Shown in pieces: positions 48,401 to 61,500 of a stretch of 64,000 nt of DNA (the stretch's first letter is position 1; every line of letters starts with the position of its first letter). Below the pieces are notes generated by a model. That model saw nothing but the letters and a program-made list of their open reading frames with translations. It was not told the origin of the DNA and searched no databases. The translations under genes were made by a program, and so were the position numbers. This stretch comes from Psammoneis japonica (Eukaryota). The DNA lies in NCBI GenBank assembly GCA_008632985.1, contig QPGO01000005.1, forward strand, positions 641,607 through 705,606. Reading direction: 5' to 3'.

Positions 48401-51107
48401 CAAGTTGGTACTTACATCAACCGAACACGTCCGGTCTGGTGCTGGCTCGAATGTAGGAGCCATTGTAGGCAGATTCCCGATCTTCGACGTGATGTCCTGT
48501 AAATCTCTTTCATCAAGATTCTGAAGATCTTCAATTTCGAAATCAAAGGCATGAAGTTCATCTTTGCGGTACACGTTATGAACTTGAGTCTCTAAAATGG
48601 ATGGCAAAGAAATGTCCGAGTTGCTCTCGTTCTCAAATGCCAAAGGAGCCTTTTTCTCAGATGCAGCAGAGCCTTCCTTTTCCGCGGGTGGCACAACAGC
48701 AGCTTTCATTGGTCCTAGGAAAAAACGCATCATACTGCTCAGCCTTGAAAGGTAGGTATGCTCACGTGCAACCAAACCCATTAGGTTAGCAAGGTCCCGC
48801 AAACTGGGATCATGAAGGCTTGCCGCACGGCATAGCTTCTCTTCGTCTTCCTGGAAGATGATCGCAGAGGAATTGCCTAGGAATTCCATCGCGGCGGGAT
48901 TGTTCGTCAGTGGGAACATTCCCATGGAAATAACGTTTAAGATTCTGTCTGCAATATAGGAATGGCCAGAGAGATTGTCCAAATGGCAGCTTCCTTGAAA
49001 GGCAGGGGCGTAGAGACTCTGTGACACCCGGAACACGTCCTCGACAGAGCGCTCACCGAGATCGTCCACTGTTCTGAAATTTGGAAGTTCAGTGAGAGCC
49101 TCAATGCTACTGGAGAGCATCCACTTTCCATGGCGTGTAACTGTCACGTTTTCCTGGAGGCAGCCACGAGTAAAACTAACAAACTGCTCCAGATTGCAGT
49201 CCCAAATGGTTCCGACGAAATGCATTCCGTGTTGCTCCTCGTTTTCAATTCTCTCTTTGTTCTCGACTCGCTTCTGGTTTTCCAAGATCTCCGTTGGCAG
49301 GTACTTTGATGCCCAGGGCATAACAACTAACCTCTCGTCAGGACACTCGAAGTGCTTGCCACGAGCATCAAGCTTGCACCCATCATGAGGTCTCCACACG
49401 TCGCCCCTGACAAATTCTTGAGAATCAAAAAGCGGAACATGACCATCAGGTCCCCATGTCTCCCATTCGGCGGCTCGACCCATGCGTTTGAGTGATTCAT
49501 GAGGCCGTGGAGTCATACCATGAAAGATGTAAAATGACGTTTCCTCGATTGGCAACGTCAGGAAACCCATGTCGTGAGACCAAGTCATATGCCTTGGAGA
49601 AGCGAACACGAGGGATCTGGCCAATTTTCCTCGCGAGCTATCACCGTAGAGCATGCTCCCTAGATCAAAGCCAGGCGTCTCTCTTACGTAACAGAGATGG
49701 CGAGGCGTGGGTGATTGATCCAAAGCAAACTCCACAGCTTTGTGAATAGCTTCATGGACGAATCGGTGAGAATGCCCTTCTTCTGGTCGGATCCCCCAAA
49801 TTATTACTCCGTCCATATTTGCACGGTCGAGATCGCTGAGGAATTCTGATGTTGCTTGATCAATTGTATCAGAAATCGTGGCGCCGCCATGCATGGAGCA
49901 GTGGCGTTCTATCTCACGATGAACTTGCGTACTTCGTACACAAAACTCATCATTGCCACGAGAACAAAGATCTGCCATCTGGTGCAGTCTTCCGAGCTCA
50001 GCTTCCTCGGGAGTATTAGCTTGTTGCAGAGCTTCAGTGTTAATGCTAACCATATTCTGTACCGGGGATTGACTGATCCTCGACATGAGGAATTTGTCGA
50101 ACTGAGGAACCTCGGTTTCCAGCACCTTTGCCCTCAGTTCACCGTCCGGGTCACAGACAGGCTTGAGCGAATCCTCCTTGCTCCTAAGAAGACTGTCAGA
50201 CTCTTCAGATTGGACAAAAAGTCTTGGAGAAGTGAAGTAGATGTCGAGAACACCCTGTCTTCCAAGCATGTTCACCGTGTGATCCTGAGACAAGGAATGC
50301 AAAATTCAAACATCAGAAGAATGCTTAGACAACAAGGACGGAATATCAATGTGCTGTACTTACGTATGGCAATAAAATAGGCTGGGTATACTGCAAGAGC
50401 TTCTCGGCTCCAGCCCTGGTTATTAGGTAGGCATGTGTGCACATTTCCCATCCCTGGCTTCGCTCCAGGGTTCCTCTGGACGTTTGATGGGCAGCGTTTG
50501 TTACGTTGAAAGTTCCGACGACTTGCTTTCGACTAGCATCGCAGACATCCCAGCACCGCCCAAGGTTAATGTAGTCCCATCCTTGTGGCGCGATCTTGAT
50601 AACTTCTTTGACATCGAGGGCAATGTGCTCTGACAATCCAACCGCATCATCTTCGAGAACAAGCATGGTCTGTTCGTTGCTTAGGAGAAAGCTCTCCAAC
50701 ACGCGTCGATGAGATAACGTGCAAGACACTTCTCCTGATTGTGGGTATGTCACACTGTAGATCCTTCTCATTTTGCCTTCATCGTCCCAGTGCCTGTCGA
50801 GGAGCTGCGCCGACTCCATAAGATGAAGATCAGCGTTGTTCTTTTCGAAGGCACGCACCATACTCATACTTGGAAAGAGTGCTTTGAGCTCGTTGTTTGC
50901 TTGCTCAATTCTTGATGGAACAACCACGGCCTTGACAACATACTTGCCCTCCGCCATCGCGGCGTTCAATACCCCGCCATTCATTAATCTTGTGATGTAG
51001 ACAGAGATAAGCAGAGTAGTCGAAACCATCAGCAATCCCCATTTCAACATGTAGCGCTTCCACGAGATTCCCTCTGTCGCTGGTACGACATTGGAAGACC
51101 GGTTCAT
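45433..51107 (-). CDS. ~1800-aa fusion: TM anchor + GT25 + second GT-like domain + two Cys-rich repeats + Pro/Lys/Arg/Thr-rich region + Tyr/Lys/Gly tail
   Basis: Introns 50285-50363, 48329-48415 and 47410-47503 join three ORFs in frame. GT25 motifs GEVSCTLSH, LVLEDDA, THAYLITRAGAEKLL and LPYD. CgeB/Glyco_trans_1_2-like RILNVISMG..PLTN and REHTYLSRL. Confidence 0.85.
45870..46060 (-). repeat. 54-bp coding tandem repeat (SRPGDGRPPTPTSPPSPT)
   Basis: ggtggtcgcccatcgcctggtctacttgtaggactggg recurs at 54-nt spacing, about 3.5 copies. Confidence 0.9.
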
Positions 51108-53054
51108 GGTCGCAGAGGAAAGATCGCAGTTGTTTGTTTTATGGGGAAACCTTTGGTTGTTTTGTTGGTCGATTTCGTGAGTGACCAGTTTGGTGGAAGT
51201 CCGACAGTCATGATTCGGGATTAGGCATTGGAGGGCCAAGGGGCTTATCATTGAAATGACCGAGCCAAATATTTCGAAAAAACTGGTCATTGGGGCTTAT
51301 TGCAAAAGTCATCAAAGTCTGCTCATTAAACTTATTAAAGATTGATGAATTGTCAACTAACATGCAAATTGTGCATGTCTGATTGTTTAGGCGGGGGTTT
51401 TGAACTGTTACTAAGAGGTCATAATGCCGGACATCGACCATACCAAGCAGAGGTACTGTACCGTACCTGGTACTGTAGTCGTAGACAGACAACTTGCCCT
51501 CCGGCATCAGGACATTCGACAAAACTAGCACCAATAGACAATTTTGACTTCGACATCGAACAGATAGGCCCCGCCAAACATTTTCGTCCCGTCAGTGTTG
51601 ATTATGGACGAGCGGCATCAAACATTAGGCCCCGACCTTCCCATCCTCAAAAATCGAAAAGCACCAAGTTAGGTCGTGATGTCTTGGTCATCCCGTAATA
51701 CAGTAGTACTTCGAGTTGCCCGGTCCAGGCGCAGAAGAGCGAAAGAAAGGAGGAGTCGTTCTCGTCACGGGATTCGTGACTGATTCACGAATACGATCAA
51801 ATCAATGCAAGGTGAGCATGAGCAAATTTCGTGACGTTGCTCGCTGGGGGCGGCTAATTTGAAAGCGTGTCCATGTAAACGCACGAGATAAAAAGAGTGA
51901 TAATTCTTCTTTACTTTCTACAGAGCTAGCAACTTACAGGTAGCTTCGAACGAGCAAAACAGAACACTGCCGATTGTTGTGGAGTCTTTCACGTTGCCCG
52001 TGAACCGCAAGCCGCCAAAATGTGCATCGTGGTAACCAATCAGGATCTCTTGATTGTAGAAGAATCACAAGGCTCAAGCTGTGGATTCAATGCCTTTGAT
52101 GACAGACCGTCGAGTTGCGCTCCTCCCTGTCACCGCCACGCACCACACTAAACAGTTTGAGACATGTTCCATTCGAGGGCCAAGGGATTATACACTAAAG
52201 TATAATCCCTTGCGAGGGCGTCCAGGTCAATGGGAAGGAATCGTACTCAGCTCCGGTGAGGAAGTGACCCTGCTTCCTTGCGAAAAACACACCTTCACCA
52301 CGATCTCGCCAGCAAATGGCAGCTTGCGCCCCCCCCTGTTTCCCAACCCAGACAACATGGAATACTTCTTTCCCAATTTGTTTTGGACGATCCGAAACAA
52401 GCACAACCCGGTGCAAATAGTTTATGCAGGAATGGATTCAGTCTCGCCGACATGCCAGCCATGCTCCACGAGGGCCTGTGCGTGATACTGAATGTACTGG
52501 CTTCCTAGGCTGGATTTCAACTCGAACAACCGGAGTACGCCTATAAAGCAACTTGCTACAGTGCCGTTTTTGGTCGATGGAAGGCATTGGCATTTTTCCA
52601 TACATAAATCGCATTTTTCATTTTTCTGAGGCCTTTGTCCATCGCGCATAAGGAAAGAGTGACGCAGAGTTGCCACTCGAAAGAAAAGCGGATCTTGTCC
52701 TTGTCTACGGGGAATTTGAATATTGCCGCTTCTTGCGAAATACGACACTCTGCTGTCTCACTTCTACCGATTCGACAGTCACAGCTAGTGCCTCAATCAC
52801 TTTCATCTGTTTACTCCCATTTTGCCAAACTCACTTTGTTCGCTACTTTGGGGAATAACATTTGAGTACATCGATGATGACTTCTCTTCTTTTCGTGCAA
52901 TAATTGTCTTGAGACCAATAGATTCATCGGCTGTTATCCGGCTCAATTGTAGTTTTAGGCCTTGCAGGCTCCATTTCGCCTCTTACGCTGTGACAGTGCC
53001 TTCTTTGTGCCTTCATCCATGATGGACTCGCGCTGACAGCAGATTTATCCTGCT

Positions 53055-53112
53055 GCTCTCTCTCTAGTAGAGAGTAGAGCTCTCTCTAGAGCTAGAGTAG
53101 TGCCGGTAGCAG
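53055..53112. repeat. TAG-rich island at the left edge of domain 3
   Basis: ctctctctagtagagagtagagctctctctagagctagagtagtgccggtagc. Confidence 0.75.
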
Positions 53113-55360
53113 CCGTGGCAGAATCACAGGCACAGCGGGTCTTGCAGTCGTCGCGATTGGTCGCCAAAGAACTTTGACAAAAAGGGAGACAACGTTTCGT
53201 CACACACATGAGCAAGAGTGCACGAGACCTCGAAAGTGGCGATTTGTTTCTCTCAAAAGAGCGCTCATCATTTTGGGAATGGATGTCTCGGGTTCAGTTT
53301 TGGCGATCGAGCGATGTCTTGCATCCCCCCTGTGCGGGGAAAGGGAGAACACTTGAAACAAACACTGGCTCTTTGCACCTCCACCTCACCAAACTCTCAG
53401 ACTCAAAAAATGTTGAATTTCCCAAGAACAACCGTGCCCCTTGATGTTGATGACATTGCCTTTCTTGTGATCATTGCCACATGCTCTTTTGTGAGGAGCG
53501 TTTTGTGAGGAGCATGCCGGCCATTGTTGCAGAAACAAAAATGTTGCACAGACGTGCTCAAGCATTGTTTTCTTCTCTTTTGCCTCATTTGTGCATGAGC
53601 AATCTGAGCTCTGCCTGAGAACATCGCAGCTCTTCTTCTCTCTTTTTGGCGCACAAAGCAGGGCACCCGTGGCTCTCCTCTTGCCATGCCCAAACAAGTG
53701 GAGTGACCTCATGGTGTGGGCAAGAGCTGTGTTGTCAAAGTGAAAAGTGAGCAAGCAATGGAGATGGCGCATCATCAAAAACATGACAGGCTTGCTTCAG
53801 AGACACCGCTCCAGAGCACACCAGGAGAGGAGCACTGCCTGAGGGTTTTTGTGCATCACCTGCAGTTGTGTTCAAATCAGGTGGGATTTTGGGAGGCATG
53901 CGCCCATTCAGGATTGTGTGCTCATGCTTTGTTTTTGACAGCGGCTGAGCCTCAACACTCATGTTGCCTCTCAACAGAGGCAGCAGCTGCTCTTTGTCTA
54001 AAAAAAAACAAGCAAATCTTGAGGAGAGTTGCAGCTGCAAGGCAATGTCATTGTTGCACATGTCCTGTTTTTTTTTCTCTTGGGCTTGGCATTTGTGACA
54101 GCTTGCAAACACAGACACAAGGCAAACCAAAATGATGTGGCAACACCCTTTTGAAAAACAGCCAACGTGCAGAGCCTCACCTTTTCTTGGTGTGTGTTGG
54201 AGCTGCTGATGGGAAGCCAATGTGTTCAATGGTGAACAAGCTTCTTCCTTGAATGACTCATGAGCTGCTGTGACGCGCCACTCTTGTTGGTGACAGGCAG
54301 GCAAAATTCGCGTTCCAGGGTTGCAGCAGGATTGGTGGCATGTTGTTCGGAAGGAGATGGAGAATGAGTGCTTGCAGCTTGCAGGCGGAGCACGTGGATC
54401 TGTTACGACGATTCTGCAGAATCTGAGATTCTGCTGAATCCTGGCATGGAATCTTGTGAAAATGAATTCTGTGGAATCAGACCTTGTGCCCATGTTTTGA
54501 TTCTTGTGAATGATAGATTTTGAAGAATCCGTCTTGCCCACTCACCAGAATTCCTGTTTCTTGCAGTTGCCGGATTCTGAAGAATTGGCTGCTGGCTCAA
54601 GACGTGGCACCCTTGTCTCTCAGCCTCTGTTGCTCTTTTGCAGCACCTCTTTTGTTGTGATTCTGTTGAGTTTCTTGGTCAAGAGGAGAGTCTCTTTGTG
54701 TTGCTTTTGCCGCCATCATGTCAGTTGCCCTTCCCCCCTCCCGCCCTGATGCCACTGCTGTGACTTCTCCCGAGAAGGTCAGGAACATCTTCATGGAGAC
54801 CAAGCACCGAGATGCCTTCAACAAGGCTGCATTTGGCGTTGAGAATGATGACTTTGCCAGTGCTGTGATCCCGCCAAAGTCCAAGCTCCTGCTTTGATCT
54901 GAGTGGGAGAAGAGGGTTCGGGCAGTGAAGTTCTGGAACACGGGAGCTGATGGGCTCAGTGCAAAAGAGTTTCGCAAGCTTTTCACCCACCAAGCTTGCG
55001 TGTGGCAGAAGGTTTTTTTGGTGGAGACAAGTGACCTTGGCCATGACACGCTTTTCCAGATCAAGAAAGGCGCAGATGGATCTGTGACATCCAAGCTCAT
55101 TGTTCTCTACATTGAGCAGGTTTTTGATGTTGTGGCGCAGCACCATGGACAAACAGGTGGTCATCTCAAAATTGGGTCGCACGTTCAATGACATCAAGAA
55201 AAAGTTTTACAATGTCACAGAATTGCTGGTTTCTCACTTCATTGACCTTTGCCCCACTTGCAGCAAGGCGCAGCCTTCTGTGTCAAGAGTTGAGGGGGCT
55301 CGAGTCCCCATCATGAGCAGAAGTTTCCGGGACCGTTTCCAGATTGACTTGGATTACCGA
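53112..55360. other. TpA-depleted hypermutated domain 3
   Basis: Very few TA over 2.2 kb and TG/CA-rich. TA reappears progressively from ~55108. Confidence 0.85.
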
Positions 55361-55400
55361 AAGGACCCTTGCCAGTTCTACCCAGGGGGACCCCAACTCG
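54750..55400 (+). mobile_element. truncated Ginger/KRBA2-type DDE integrase (transposase) relic
   Basis: HHCC zinc finger (HGQTGGHLKIG/RTFNDIKKKFYNV...FIDLCPTC) followed by PIMSRSFRDRFQIDL, the first catalytic Asp strand. In-frame TGA at ~54895, frameshift at ~55175, and truncation before the rest of the DDE core. Confidence 0.75.
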
Positions 55401-55587
55401 CGCGTCACACGGTGCTAGAAGCGCATGCGCAGTGCACGCAGATCTGCCGCAGCGGCCATGAGCCACTACATAAGGCTCTATTATTTTTACCGCCGCACCA
55501 TCACCCAAACGGTATGCAACGCTTGATCCACCGTCTCTCATTCAGTAGTTAGTAAAGAACTGGTATATATGTCACAGCTATAAAGCC

Positions 55588-58500
55588 ATGAAACGAACGC
55601 GTCAAGAATCAGGCGTAAGTCAAAGTTCTGGTTCTGCTTGGGATACGGCGCCGCTGGGTTCACTTGAATTTTCAGCTGCTTTGAATGGAGATGACGCCCA
55701 CGGCGTTTTGAAAGCTCTCGAGCGATTTACAAAGACGGTTCGTCGACAGCGTCGTGAAGCTCTGTCGAAAGATGATTCTGATAACAATACGATGGAAGAC
55801 GATAATGAATCAGTCGCTTCATCAGAGGAAGACGAAGAAGAATTGCAATATCAGCAGAAACGCCAGAAAAAATCGCCCAGTTGGACGAAAGACACAAAAT
55901 CGTACAATGTTCCATTTGTTGGAACATCAGTAGCAAAGGGAGACGTCGGAGTAGTCGTGAAGGGCGAGTGGCCAACTGGTTTACTCAAGGCATATCTTCA
56001 GTCAAGCCCCCTAGGGACTGAGCTATCTGGATCTGCACTCGTGCCACCTCACGGGTCGATTCATAAGATGCTCCTCAAGAAACATTCATCGTCAAAACAA
56101 GGCCACAAAATGTCACACTTAATCCATAAGGCTTACTTGCGAGCGTTGGAGCAGCTCGTGACAGCCGCCATCCCAATAAGCAAACTCCAACATGCCACGC
56201 ACCCAGGAGGTCCCTCCGAATCTACAGATCACAAATTTTTGACACCGTTGCTACGAGATCGCTTGCCAGAGCTGTGGGCGTTGATACAAGGAGGAAAGAA
56301 AGACTTGGCCGAAATGTCTTTGCGAATTATCGCTGGACTTGCCGCTACATCTGTAGGGACAGCACGACATATTGCACGATCGCTCGACGACAAGCTCAAG
56401 CCAGGTACACTCCGGGGACTGTTGCGAACAGCACACCGCAAAAGGGACAACGACAAAAAAGCGGAGCAACAAAACGATTCAGATGAGGGAAATGAAGACG
56501 CTGAGAAGAAAGGCAAGGATATGCAAGAGGCTAGTGCGAGAAACGCCCGCTCCCCCGATACACAGACAGCCTGCCTCATGTTAGCGTCCGCCTTGCTAGA
56601 GTCGTACGATACGACTGTGTTATCACTTGTTTCCACATCGGGAAACCGAGAAAAGAAAATCAACCCCGGTGTGCTTTATCTTGGCCTGCGAAATGGTCTC
56701 GTACATAAGCTTTTCTTGAAGAAATCATCCGACAAACAGCATAACGACCTTGCGCGAACCGACCAAAGGTACATTGAAACGACCATTCGACTGCTTGGTA
56801 GCTTTCAACGCATGATGCGCGCTTGTGGAAGTGAGCCCTCAAGGAAGCCTATTATGAGTCAAAAATCACTTGCCGAGTTGTTGTCTGGAGATGCTCTAGA
56901 GAGACTATGCCATGTCGCCATGTCTTCGCCGTTGTTGCCTCTGGAACGAAATGCAAATCTCTACCAGCTCGCTCTGTCAGAAGTGGCACAAGAAATGGAA
57001 GACAACTCTCCAATGAGTGTAGCAGCGTTTGCAGGACGTCAGCTATTGTTACCACTACTGGCCAACAAAGGCAAGTCACCCTTTTTGATTCGACTTGATT
57101 CGGCGGCGTCCGATGACAAGACCGCGTCTCTGTATATGCAGCAGCTGGCACGTGCCTTGGTCTTTCTCGTCAACGAAAATAGGCAAATATCTATCAGGTC
57201 CTTTGCGATACAGAGTGTAAATGCCACACCCGCTCTTCGTCCAGCTTTTCTTCGATTGCTGACTATACCAAAGATTCGAGATTCTTTCGCATTTATTTCT
57301 CGCATGTCTCTTATCTCGCATATCATCAGAGGTAGCACAGAAACTTTCTTATCAGGCTTACTCCGCAACAGAGACACCGACCATGTGTTATCCACTCTTA
57401 TTCCGTTTCATTTGAAAAAGAGTGTCATGAGTAAAGCGATACAAAGCTCGAACGCTGTAGTCGTTGCTGAGATGCTCAAATTTATCATTTGCCTTCTCGA
57501 AAGTTTCCGTATTGTCGTTTCTCACCTTCAAAACCATCCCACGGCCGAGGATGCTGCTGTGAATAAACTGCAGGAAGAGTTCCAGAAACGACTCCCCGAG
57601 CTCCAAACTCTGCTGGGAGTGCGGTCAAAGTTTGATCCATTCGTGGCGGCGGATGGCGAGAAGGAGGCTCTGAATAAGGCCGAGGTTCTTACTGGGATTT
57701 TGTGTGATCTCTTGGTCAGATTATCTACCATACTTCCTGTCACTATTGATTCGGTCAGGTTTGACTGGACGAAACTTCTTCCTGACGATTTGCGCTTATT
57801 CGGCCTCTCCAGTCCGTTCTTACAGCTGAAGTTGATGCGAGCCCTTGAGTCCGTCCTTACAAGGCACCAGGTAAGATTTTTGATTTATGGCTTGTGCTGC
57901 TTTCTTGTGAATGTTTGTGGGAAAGTGCCCTAACGCTTCTTCGGTGTTGTCTTAAATGGTTTCTACGTGTACAGGGCACGACAGGCGAACGACTCAATGT
58001 AAAGTCCTCTAGCAGATGCGAGGCGTTTCTAACAATAATGATTTCTACACATCGGTTACAAATTTATCGCATTGCAAGGAAACTTGCATGTGATACGATT
58101 TTGTGTTGCATTTTGAAGGAGGAAAAAGACAGCGAGGCTCTTGAATGCATGAGGTACGAATTAAGCGTGTGGGTCGATGGCGTCACAACGGGAACAGTGA
58201 ACGACTTCTGCGCTCTCGTGGACACATGCAACCAGTCGACACTTCAGCATACAGTGATGGTTGCCGCAGCATGGCGGGAGGCCTTTCCATCCGAACCACT
58301 TGCTGAAATTCATTTTTCTCCACTGCTTGTTGCGGCTCTCTGCTCAATGCCAAACTTGCCAAGTCGCATAAAAATGCTCACGCAACAAGTCGCACTGAAG
58401 TGCCTGCTCTACCACCGATCTCCTCTTGAACTCGCGGCACTCATAAGTTACGTGTGTAGTCCGAAATTCAACGAAAAGGGACCCGAATTCCATTCAGGCA

Positions 58501-61500
58501 ACGCTTTGCAAACTTTTGCGAAGAGCCCGCTCGCTAAGTATGCGCAGATGTTGCTCGGTGATGTCTGGAAGCCGGACGTTCAGCGATCGAATTTCCTAAA
58601 TCAAGCAACCCGAGAGCTTTTCTCTGCAGACGATTCATCATTTTTGAGCGACTCATCGGTTTGCACGTCTTCCGAGTCCTTCTGCAAGAGCATTTTGGAC
58701 CGGTACCGTTGCAATTGGTTGTCGTTTGGCGACGATGGTATTGCGTACTTACGACAGTGCCTTCATCAACTGTCTCTCATAGACCCGCATTCGGATGTTA
58801 CCTCGTCTGCGAGAACAATGGCGTTCCGCAAGTTATACGTCATGTTTCAATTGGTGTCTCAGGTGAGGTTTTACCGTATCAATCGAAAATTTCAGAGGGG
58901 TTAGGGAGTTGATTTAACGCTATCTTTCCAACTGTGTCTCGATCGTAGGATACAGACGCCACGGTGCTGAAACGGTGCTCCGCGGCAGTGTTCAACCATC
59001 CGTTTGTTCTACAAGGCCTCTTCCTGTCTTCAGAACGTTTTTCCTTGGCTCTCTTGGTAGTTACCCGTGGGCAGGATCGTCATTGCCACGCTGATCTACA
59101 CGACTGCGGTTTATTCGCATCGATCGACGGCATGTTTTCTGACTTAGTCGAAACCGTATGTACCTCAAATACCCCTGAAACCGTATTTTCGTTGCCTGCT
59201 TCAACGATTAACTGTCTTTCAGGATTCATGTTGCTGCCTTACATGCAACAAAGAGCTCCACCTTGGTCATGGAACAGCTACTTCGAATAAGCTGTCATAC
59301 CTTGTCTATCGACGAAGCGCTCGACTTTCTGGATATTAATGTCGCCTTTGCTCTTAACTGGTTACGTATTTTGACTGAATCAATTCGACTGGTCGACCTT
59401 GAGTCGTACACGTTTATGGTAGATGCATGGCGGAACCTTGTCGAAGCAAAGCAATCAGTGCCTAACGATGCGACTGTTTGGGCATTGTGTGATCAACTAA
59501 AGAAGGTTATCCTGAGCGCACTTAATGACACAAGCGAGGGTATTCAGTCTGCCTTAATGTACTCGCTTCTCCTTCTCATCCCAACTGAAGCACTGGTGAA
59601 CCTTTCTTTTACTTCTGACTTTTCATTCGGCGGAAATACTTGCGCAGACAATACTGCTTCGGGAGAGCCAAGCCTTCTAAATAGTTTGATCCAATTTGAC
59701 AGTTCTAAATTCGCACCTTTGGTTCTGCGGCATTTTCTATCAATTGCAGAGGACAAAAATCGCCTTGAGGAGTTGTGGGCGTCAGTTTCCTTTGATTTGG
59801 TGGTGTCAGCCTTCATGACAAGCAAATGCGTTCAAGAGAGTCCATTATATGACGCAGCCGTTAAGGTGGTTCTTTCTCGCGTGATTACGTTGCTCATGAA
59901 TGCGGTACGTACTTGCTTCTTCTTTTATGGTTGAGGAATCGGACGTTTCTGATTCTTTCCAGCTTTCTTCCGTAATGGTTTCTCTCTTGCCAAGGCCGGA
60001 AAGCTCAACTTGCGGCAACACTGGATTTTGTTTGAAATTGTTCCAGACATAGCTTGTTGTCGCTCTGATCACGTTCGAAATCTTCTGAAAGCTGCAACCG
60101 AGGCCTTAGCATCCACCGTTGACACTGCTTCGGTTGATATGAACTCTGACTCCGAATGCCGTCTAATGGAGCTCTGCCTATCCTTATGCAACAAGGAAGC
60201 CTCTGCGGAAGACCTATCAGAAAGAGATCGTCTCACCACACAGTGTCTGGCCACTCAGCTGTTTCTTCGACTATGTGACCATCTTCAGAGATCGTTGCGT
60301 CGCTATTACCACGGGAAGAGCTGCTTTCACCCTATGCGCATTTATAATATCACGTTCAGGGTATTTCACTGTGTCACTCAGTTTGACAAGGGTATGTTGA
60401 ACAGTGGCGAATCTGTGTTGGTTGGACTCGTTCGAACTTGCCTCAAGTACGGGCTGAAAAATGAAGGGGAAACGGCGGCGGTTTCTGCGCATTGTTTGGG
60501 GTTTGTTCGTGCGCTTATCACCGAGGAAGCTTGTGCGGCTTTCGAGTTCCGGAAAGTGCCACTCACGGAAAGCGTGAAACCAGCGCGCATCTTTTATATG
60601 CTCACTACTCATTCTAGGTTCTCTCAAGTTATGATTGATAAATCGACAAGTCAGGAATCTCTCGAAGTGCCTTGCGTTCCATTCCCAACGAGAAATGTTA
60701 AGTTGGAGCTTGTACGTCTTCTTGTCTGCTGTGTATCACGGTCGTCAAGGCGGCTCGTTCTCGATGCTCGAACGTGGAAAGTATTGCTGGCAGGATACGG
60801 TGCGGGTGTGGGTACGATTGACTGTACCCTGCGTCGCCTCATGTATTTGTGTTCAAACCAAAGGTCCAACGAGGAGATGGTAAGACTTGAGGCAAAAAAG
60901 AGAACTTTGGTTCATGGTCAATTATTGTCCTCACGCCTAACCCCTTTATAGGATGAATCAATGCCAAATATGGATGAGTTGAGATGGGCTGGGACAGCGA
61001 TCGCAGACCTCGAGATAGACGACGAGTCGAGTGCGTGGGACAGAGGCTCCAGCGACGAAGGAAGCAAGAGATGGGAATGGTTCATCAATGCTCTTGACTT
61101 AGTTCGCGTGCGAGCCACTATCTCATCTTTCCCAATCTGGGATCCATTGGTACCCAATCCGATTGCCGACGTCGAAATTCGGACGGAAAGTATTGAGCAA
61201 GAGATTCGCACCAATCCTGAGTTTGTCGAAATTGATGGCTGTCAACTTAGGACTACTTCTGTAGCTGCCCAGAGTAAAACGGCGCGTGACCTTCGGTATA
61301 GTCCTGCTTATATTCTGTCGCTACAATATGCCTTGCTGGAATGGTATTTCTTGAAGGCAGGCTTGACTGAACATGATACGAGTAACGAGGGAAAAACGAA
61401 CGAAGGCAGTGATGACATTGATTCAGTCGATCGCGAAACTTTTGCCTTTGCTACTCAACGATTGTGTGAACGAGGCGGGCTGTCGCTCGCTCTTGCTGCT

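Noticed and set aside
52081..52485. 134-codon ORF
   Set aside because: Non-ATG start in the ORF track, no recognisable motif or splice structure. It may be a gene fragment but is unsupported.
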